Positions 51,501 to 60,500 of a stretch of DNA of 61,730 nt are shown one piece after another. The notes below the pieces were generated by a model. It was given only the letters and a program-made list of their open reading frames with translations. It ran no database searches and had not been told where the DNA came from. Positions within the stretch are counted from its first letter, which is position 1, and each line of letters starts with the position of its first letter. Both the position numbers and the translations under genes were made by a program. Source of the stretch: Candidatus Omnitrophota bacterium (GTDB taxonomy: Bacteria; Omnitrophota; Omnitrophia; Omnitrophales; Aquincolibacteriaceae); contig JBDRCT010000021.1 of assembly GCA_043821445.1 (NCBI GenBank), positions 1-61,730 of the forward strand. Direction: 5' to 3'.

Positions 51501-54500
51501 ACCGGGTCTTTGCTTGAGGGTCCACATCTGCCACTGGTTCCAGTTTTTGGGCCGCCGCCTCCAAACGCGCGATCTTGCGTTCCAGGCTGATGATCTTCGG
51601 ATTTTTTTCCCTTGCTTCCGAGCGACGTTCTCTTGCTTGACGATTGCCATCAAGGATCTGTTGCGCCTCACCGGCCTTTCGATCGAGCCACGCCTGAGCA
51701 TGTTTCAGAATAGATTTCGAACGCGCCAGTGTTTCCGCCTTATCTTGTCCATTTCTCCAGCCCAAATAGAATCCAGGCAAAGCACCGTTAGAGACATCGG
51801 TTTTGTGATAAACCCATGCACGAACGTCCGCGTTTGCAAACTGCTTCTGGAGATAGGATTCCAAATCCAACCACAAGAGATAGCTCTGGCCAAAACTTCT
51901 CCAATTTCCATCAAAAAGGTCTGAAAGACGTTTTAGCCGGATCATTTGAAACCCCTCGACCGGCTGGTTTTGCCTCCATCTGGAATCTTTCACGTTTTTC
52001 ACTTGCAAATCTTCTTTCAAGGCGTGAATCACGGCCAAGACAGAACGCGGCCTGACCTGCTCGCCTCCGTAAATCGACATTGTCTCAGCTCTCACCTCGG
52101 AACGCTTTTCCACTTGAAGCGTTATCGATTCGAAAGGCTTACCTTCAGTAAGCGTGACCTGCAGGTCCGTACCGGACACATTGTGAGGAACATTCTTGGT
52201 CAACCAGGTTCTCGGAAGCTCGGTGACCTTTTCTCCGGAAAATCTCACTTCAAATCCATTATCCTTACTAAAAGAACCCGTTGCCTCGATGGTCAGGCCC
52301 TGGACCGTCGTCCGGACGTTGCGGAAGACTCCCTTTCTCGCCGGCATGTCAAGCTTCACGACACGGACTCTCCCCGTCAGCCTGTCTAAAACCCATAAAA
52401 CTCCTCTTCCCAAAAGAAACTTCTCCAAAATGGTACGCAGGATGTTTCCCAGCCCGGGACGGGAAAGACCGAAGTACTTCCTCACGGACGGAGGAAGATC
52501 CTTATCGGCAACGATGTAGCCCACAAAATGGGATTGGTCCTGGGAGGCTAAATTGATTTTAAGATTGACGGGTTGCACTTGCTCTTCGTGAGCTGCCGGC
52601 TGCCTTTCCTGGCGGACATAGATCTTCCCGTTATCAAAATCAATGTGCGTGACCCCGGAAAACGGATACGACCTGTTTACCCTTGCGGAATATATTTCGA
52701 GATCCCCCGGGATACCTTGGTGCATCCGGAAGACAATGGAGGGGAGGGATCTTATCCCCAGTTGATCGAGTCGCTGCCCGATCGCTTTGCTGCTCATGAA
52801 TTTCGTTGCCACTGATGCCGCAATCGTTCCTTCCGTGAAAAGGCTGCTACGGACCTCGGAACGGGCGACCATGGCCGTATTGGCAGCATTCGCCATCGAA
52901 ACGGCCTCTTGAAGCAACGTGTGGGGCGGCGCAACGATGATCTCTACTTGACTTTGACGGACAAATTCCTCGCCCGCTAATCCCGTGATGAATGGATCGA
53001 GGTTGTCCCTTTTTGCCGACGGCTCCGCCTTCCAATTGGCCGCGAGGACGAGTGTCCTTCCGTTCCCTTTGTCCCCTGTTGCGCTTATGATCCGGCCCAT
53101 CTTGGAAAAACTTTCCAATTTCAGGCTCGCGCCCCCGACCAGGAATCCGTCGATATCGGGCTGGATCGAAAGACCGCCAACATTGTCCGGCTTCGCCGAA
53201 CCGCCGTAGAGGATCCTCATATGCGCCGCGAGTTCCGGAGAGTAGGTCCTTGCAAGCCAATTCCGGATCGCTTGATGCACCTCCTGAGCCTCTGCCGGCG
53301 TAGCATTCAAACCGGTGTTGATGGCCCAGATCGGCTCATAAGCGATCATGCTCACCGCCTTTGCGACATCTTCTTGGCTCATGCCATGGAGCGCCTCTCC
53401 GAGCTGACGAAGAACAAACAAAATGTGATTTCCGGCGTCTCTTACGCTCCGGGGTTCGCCCACGCAAAGCAATTGCACCGGAGCTGCACCCTTGGCTGCC
53501 CATTGCAACTTTTCATTGATGACTTCGTCGGTATCCCCGAATTGTTCGTACGTCCTCAGAAGTTGCCCGAATGCGGGCGAACTTTTGTCGGTACCGTACA
53601 CTTCCACCATCCGGTGCCGTCGCTCGCTGTGACCGGTCAGTGATGCTGTGACACCGACCTCTTGAAGATGCTCATAATTGACCGAACCTGTCGCTGCGCC
53701 CGTTTTAAGTGAAAAATGCTGGGCAAATATCTTGATCGGCCTCGCTTCCGCCCGCGCTTCCGAGCGGGCGGGTTGGATCGCTGTAGCGAGGGCTTGCGGC
53801 ATAGCCGGAAGCGGGGCCACATGGCCGAGCGCATACTGCTGAAAATAACGGCGACTGTCCTTTGCACCCAAAAGGCCGTACACCTTGACCTGCCAGTCAT
53901 TCAAACGCTCGATCACTTCCTTTTCCGTGGCCTCCGGCATCCTTGTCAGATAAGGAAGCAACGGCGCGCAAAGGTACTTCACGAGATCTTTCAACTTGCT
54001 GCGGGCCTCTCCGGGGACATCATTACTGTCCGAAACCATCATCAGAAGAACCCTGCGACGATCTTCGGTTTTGTTGACATCAAGACCGCGTTCGGCATTT
54101 ACTACTTGAATAAAACGATCCCACTTCGGAGGCAGCATTGCGCCGGTCTTCTTATCTTTCTCCGGCTGTCCGAACTTTACAGTATTGCTTTGGATCCCTA
54201 CCGCATACGCTAAAAGATCTTTCGGCTCGATCTTCAATGCCGCAGCATAATCCTTCAATACCGGGGTCAGGCTCTCCTCGACCGGCTTCATGAACAGCAC
54301 CAAGAGATCCCACATCACATCCGCCATGGCCGGGTCTTTCTGCGCCACGGCCTCAAGAACGATGTTCTGGAGCTGTGTCGCAAGGTGCACTTCCCCCACC
54401 CGGTGTTTCTGCAGGATCGGAAATTGATCGTCCGTCAGTTTCGAGGCGCCGTGCTGCACACCCTGGACTTTCAGAAGTTTCTCGTGGATGCGGAAGACGA

Positions 54501-57500
54501 TCGTGTTCACGCGCCGGCCCGCCACCCCATGGGCCGTCCCAGTCTGATAACTGATCTTGTCCAAACCCGCGATATCCACCCCGTACTTCGCCTTAAATGC
54601 AGCATTCCGGACCGCAAGCCCTTCCTTAACGCCCGCAATGAACGCAAGCGTCCCTTCCACTTCACTCGGCTTATCGGCCAACACCTCATCATCAATATGA
54701 CGTTCCTCACCGCCGATCAAGGTGACCGTCCCGCGTGCCATCAGTCCCTTGCTCTTGAGCTCTTCATCATGCGCGCGGATCTTCACGATCTGATCCACCG
54801 TCGCGGCGATCGTATGCTTATGGATTTCGCGGTACCGTTCGATGCGGCCCTGGTCCACCCAGTTCCAAAGTTCCGGCTCCGGCATGTCATCGATCCAATG
54901 ACCGATCGATTCAAGCGTTTCCCCGGCTTCCAAACGCTTCCGGACCTCATTCATGAGCTTGGACAGACCTGTCGGGTTGTCCGGCGTGACGGATTCCGCG
55001 TACAGTTTGGACAATAAAATAGTATCCACGGCCGTGGATGGATCAAGATCGATATGATAACCGCGGGCCGTGATCATATCGCGGATCTCAGCCTCGAATT
55101 TATCAAACGCTTTCTTGCGCTTGGCAAGGTCCACGTACGGTTCGCGTTCATCCAAGGTCATCGCTTTAAACTTCTTCGCGAACGTTTCCGGATCTTCGCC
55201 GGCAGGGATCTTCGTCTTATCCAAGCCGAAAATGTCATCCAGCTTCAGCTGACGGTGGTCCGCCTGGGCGATGATCGGAACTTTCGAGCCCACGAACGCG
55301 TGCGCAATTTGCGCGGCCGCAAGGAACATCTCATTCGTTTTAAGGCCGGAATAACCTTTTTCACTCGCGGCGAGTTCCGCGATCCCGCCGGCGTTCAGCC
55401 GGTCCAGCGACTCAAAGAAAGAGATCAGTTGGATGATGCCGCCCGCGCGCATGTTGGTGGCGGGGATCACCCACACCTTATCTAGATTTGCTTTCTCACG
55501 ATAAAGCGAAGCCGCGGACATCATTTCGACACCCCGGGCATTGGTGATGGCGCTCGCGATCCAATAAGCGGCATGATTGACATCCGCATTGGGATTGTCT
55601 GTCAGTTCACGCGTTAGATCAAAAAGACGGCGATTCCCTTTCAACCCCTGCAAGATCTCAACGCCGTTTTCGTTCACACGAACAATATCCGAAAAATTCT
55701 GCAGCAGCTCACTCACCGACCCCGACAACGCCGGCATTTCCTGCATCTTCACCATCCGCACTTCGGAGCGGGCAATGGCTTCCTTCACGCTGACGAGCGA
55801 AGCGACCGGAATACCGCCTTCCTCCAAGAATTGAGGGGCGATCCCCTGCATGCTTCCAAGATAGACCTTTCTTTGAGAGACCATCGCGATGATCCCCGTA
55901 ACGGTCTGGGTCTCCGGTTGTCCAAACGGCCTCCATTCCAATACCACGGGGACCGCAGAGTTTCTGTAGGCCTCAAGGGAGGTTTCATGGAACGAATCCC
56001 TCAGAAGCGCATAATAGTCCGTCCAAAAAACAAGATTGGTCGTGATGTTGGTCTGGGCCCCGAAGAGCTGCTCGTGTCCCCGCAAAGCCAGCACGGTCCC
56101 GGTAGCGTTATCGATCGTAGAAAACACAGAGACGCTCTTTCCTGCCGGCAATACGACACCGTTCGCAGACACACGGATCCCGTGGGATTCCAACTCACTT
56201 TGGTGCGCCTTGAGATATTCCTGATCGATCAGTCCTGCCAGGTATTTTTGGATCGCGGTCACCTGCTCTGCGGCGGTCCTTGCTTCCGAACGGTGAAAAG
56301 ACACTTGAACGCCGGTCCCATTGGGCTGCATTTGGGCTGTCGCCGAGATCCTGATCGGCCGGAGGATCCCATTCGTCCCGTTGTTCCGGCGAAGGACCAT
56401 CTGAAAGGCACTGAGTTGTTCGGACTGTAACCCCAAATGGAAGAATACGCGATCCTCATGGTTGCGTCTCTTCAAAAGAAAACCCACAAGCTGCCAAGGT
56501 TTGTCCGGAAATTTGGCCACGACGGCGGACGGAACCTCAAGATCCTGGGGCAGCTGATGTTCGTGGATCGTTTCAGAGAGAACTTCCTTCAGAGCAAATC
56601 TCTGGACCGCATCGGGGATCGAAACGACACCCCACTCCAAATGTGACGCCGAGACGCGCACCGTGGGACGTCCCGGGAACTGTTGCAACGAGCTTTCTTG
56701 GTCACCCGTTTGTTCTTTTTTCTCGTTCAAACGCTCGAGCTCCTCCATGGCAAGGTCCAGGTTCAGACTAACATTCCGAATTTCTGAACGGTATGCGGCA
56801 AATTCGATCGATCCTGTCCACGTAAAGGATTCTTGAGTCGTCGTTCCACGATCAGCACCGAAAGCTGGATATTTTCGGGCAGAAGCTGGGGTCCGTGTGG
56901 TCATTTGCCAATCGATCGCAACCTCTTCCCCCTGAGAAACGAACTGGATACCCGGATCCTCACCTTGTTCGAGCGCCATTTCAATAAAAGTGAGTTTGTC
57001 TTCGGGAACCGAACGCCAATCGACACGGATGGAGGGCCCTTTGCTGAGATAAGTGCCCCCTTGGCTTCCTACGGTCGTCGGTAGAACCCCGACGTTTTCC
57101 TGGGCATACTGTATGAGCAATTCATTGATCCTTTTCACCGCCTGAGGGAAACGGCCAAGTTTTTGGTGGGTCTGCCATGCTCTGAAAGCCACAAAACCCG
57201 TAACCGAAAGAGCGATTCCGCCTGCGACTGCCGGTAACCACGACCGCGTCTCTGAACGACCTGCCTTGGCATTCCTGACCTTCTGGGAAGGATGAGGACG
57301 TTTTGTGTTGGGTCCGTGAAGCGCCGTAATTTTTTTATGATCTTTGGTCCTTTGCACATTTTTCGTTGCCGCTTTTGCCCTCTCTCTCGCAACTTGCTCC
57401 TTCTGATTCGCTTGTTGGCGCTGGCTATCCGTATTACGAATTTCCGAACGGACAATTCCTTGTCGAGCGTTGCTAAAAACTACATTAAATCGAAAATCAT

Positions 57501-60500
57501 GTGCCGCTCGTAAACCGACTAAATAGGCTTCTATCCCCGACGCACCTTGTCCTTCAAAGGAAAGAACCATGGGGGGATATCCCGGCTTCATCACTTCCCA
57601 CCGAAACGTTCTTAACGTCTTTAAACCGATGCTGGGAAATATTTTCCGGTCCAAAACTTGCGGTTGTGCGTCATGAGCCTGTTGGAAGGTTTCGACTATA
57701 GTTTGATCTTCCCGCACCGTTAACTTTACCATTTTAATTTGATTTGCTTCAACCCCAGGCAACGGTACCGGCAATCCATATCTACGCTGCTCAAGGATTA
57801 ACTCTTGGCCGGAATTGGAAATCTTTATCCGTTCGCGAATGCCATCATCAAAACCCACATTGGGACCAAAAACGAGTTGCTTTTCCGAATTTTCAACTTG
57901 GAATAGGGCCCTCAAAAAACCAACGAGTTTTTCCGCCCCATCTTGCTGGCTAAAGTCAAACGTGATAGCGCCGCCGCGCATCTCCGAGCGTTTCCGAGCA
58001 TCGGACGAAGACAACAACCCAATTTGCGCATCTAAGATACCCTCCACAACCGCGTCCGGGGCCATCGCCCCCATAGTAAACATCCCTTTTGCTCCGCGAA
58101 GCGCCGCCGCTTGAACCGTGCGAACAGTAGAATGAAATTTCGCTATCTCCGCGCGAAGGGCTTTCATAGCCTCCGGATTAGCAATTGCGGTTTCATTGAC
58201 GCGGTCAAGAACAGCCTGAAGTGCCCCTAATTGCTTTCGGCCCTCTTCTTCGGTTATGGTCGGATCGCTTATGAGGAGCCCACCCACTCTTATCTTCCAC
58301 GGTTCGGTTATTGCTTGACGTGCTTCCGAACGGCCAGCGACCTGCAAAGAACTGAGAATGTCAATTGCTTGCTGAAGATCAGGAGGAAGGTGATCTGTTC
58401 TGACCTTTGTTGCAAGAAATGCACTGACGCTTCGAATTGTAGGAATAGCTTTATCGAATTCTGCCAGCCGGATTTGTTCTATGGCATACGAGAGCGATCG
58501 ACTGTAAGAGCTTGAAACGGAATCCACATCCCAGATCAAATCGCGCACTCTGTCTACTAATTCTATAGCCTTGTCTATTTTTGCCCCCGCACTTTTTCCC
58601 AGCCTTTCGAAACGGCGAAGTACCGCTTCACCCAATTGATTCATTTCTGCCGCTGAATTTCCAGAATAGAACTCTCGAAAAAAAGCCTGCAAGGCCTCTA
58701 AGGCTTCAGGACGTGACATAACCCCTTTTTCCAGATCGATCAGAACCTTTTCGGGTTGCACCGTTCGCGCCTCTGAACGACTGGCCTTCGCATTCCTGTC
58801 CTTCTGTGACGGCTGATGGGCTTTGGTGTTGGGTCCGTGAAGTGCCGGAATGATCGCATGATCCCTGGTTTTTGGCACATTCTTCGTTATCGCCTCCGCC
58901 CTCCTGATCCGGGCCTGTTCTCGCTCAAACGTTTTTTTACGCTGACTATCCGTATCACGAACTTCCGAACGGCCGTTTCGGGTTCCGCTGTTTGCATTAT
59001 CGAGCCGGCTATCAATCGGAGCAATTGAAGACCGATTCCCGTCAATAATATGCCCAGATCTGTCCCGTTGCGGAGTCACTTTGTTCCCTCTTCTGTCAAC
59101 AAGTTCTCCGTTTCTCCCCACGCTAACAGTTGTTCGATATCCCCTATCATTCGTAATCTCAAAACTCCGTGCCTCCGAACGGCCCGCCTTGGCATTCCTT
59201 ACCTTCTGTGACGAATGAGACTGTTTTGTGTTGGGTCCATGAGTCGCCGGGATGATCGTATGATCTTTGGGCCTTAGTACATTTCTCGTCGCCGCCATTG
59301 CGCTTTCGCGTCTGCGCTGTTGTTCCAAGGCGGCTTCGCGATCGACTGGGCCTCTAGTGGGAGCAGAAGGGACTACATTAAGTTTCTTAAGAGCGGAACC
59401 AGAGAACGCCAAAGAAAGAGCATCACGAATCATGGCCGGTTGTGTCAAAATTAAACCGGTAATAACATCACCAACTTTGGCCAGAAAATTGCGAACTTCC
59501 GACCGCGAAAAAACGGTTTCCATCGCGGTGGGATCCGAACCAAGGACGGCGCTCATCTGCGAAGTTTCGAATTCACGGGCACCAAGAATGGAACGCAAAT
59601 AAACTTCATGGTCGCGCTTGGTGACTTCGGTGATGCGCGGCGTGATCTGAAGATAAGAACAGTTTTTGGCGGCAGCGAGTTTTTTCAGACCATCGGTGTG
59701 GAACCCTCCGGTAACGATCACGGCGCGGTTTTCTTTTAGTTCACCCATTTTTTGGAGAGCGTTGGTAAACATGTGCTTTTCACGGACAACTGCAGTGGAG
59801 TAGAAATTCATGGCCTGCTTAAAAACACCTTGGATTTTCGGCTCAACGCTCAAAGCGCAAAGCGCAACGTCCTTTTTTGGATTTTCTCGTTGTGCGTTGA
59901 CCGTTGTACGTTGCGCGAGGTTCAATTCTTCATACTCACCTCTTGTTAACTCTAACTGGAAAAGTTTTCTAAGAAGACGCAGTTGACGGGCCTGGGCGAG
60001 ATATGCTTTTTCATCCGGAATTTGGGCCAAGGTGTCCTGGATGCGCTCTTGTAACCGCAAGGTCTCTGTATGGAGCCCTTTGCCTTCCAGTTCCTGCATC
60101 AGGATGATGTGTTGGGCATAAAGCGTCCAGCTCGGCCATGATTTCATGGAAAAGTCTTTGGGGAGTTTTTCGAACGCAAGATCGAAAGCGCGGCGCAACG
60201 GGGAGTACTCGCCTGCGGCACGGGACTCGGGACTCGGGACTCGGGACTCGCGCAGAAGCACTTTAAAACTACTGACGACGTCTGCTGAGATCCCCCGTTT
60301 TTCTAGTACCTTGATGAAAGCTTCCGCTTCCTGGTGCGCCTTTTCATGATCGATCTTGGAACCGATCGCCTGCAAGCGTTCATAACGGACAAGAAAAGGA
60401 TATTCGTTCTGATGGAAAGCATCGGCAAGGTCCAGCTTCAGGTGTTCTTTGCTCGCTTGGGCGAGGACTTTGAGCCATCCTTCAAAAGAAAGCGTCCCTG

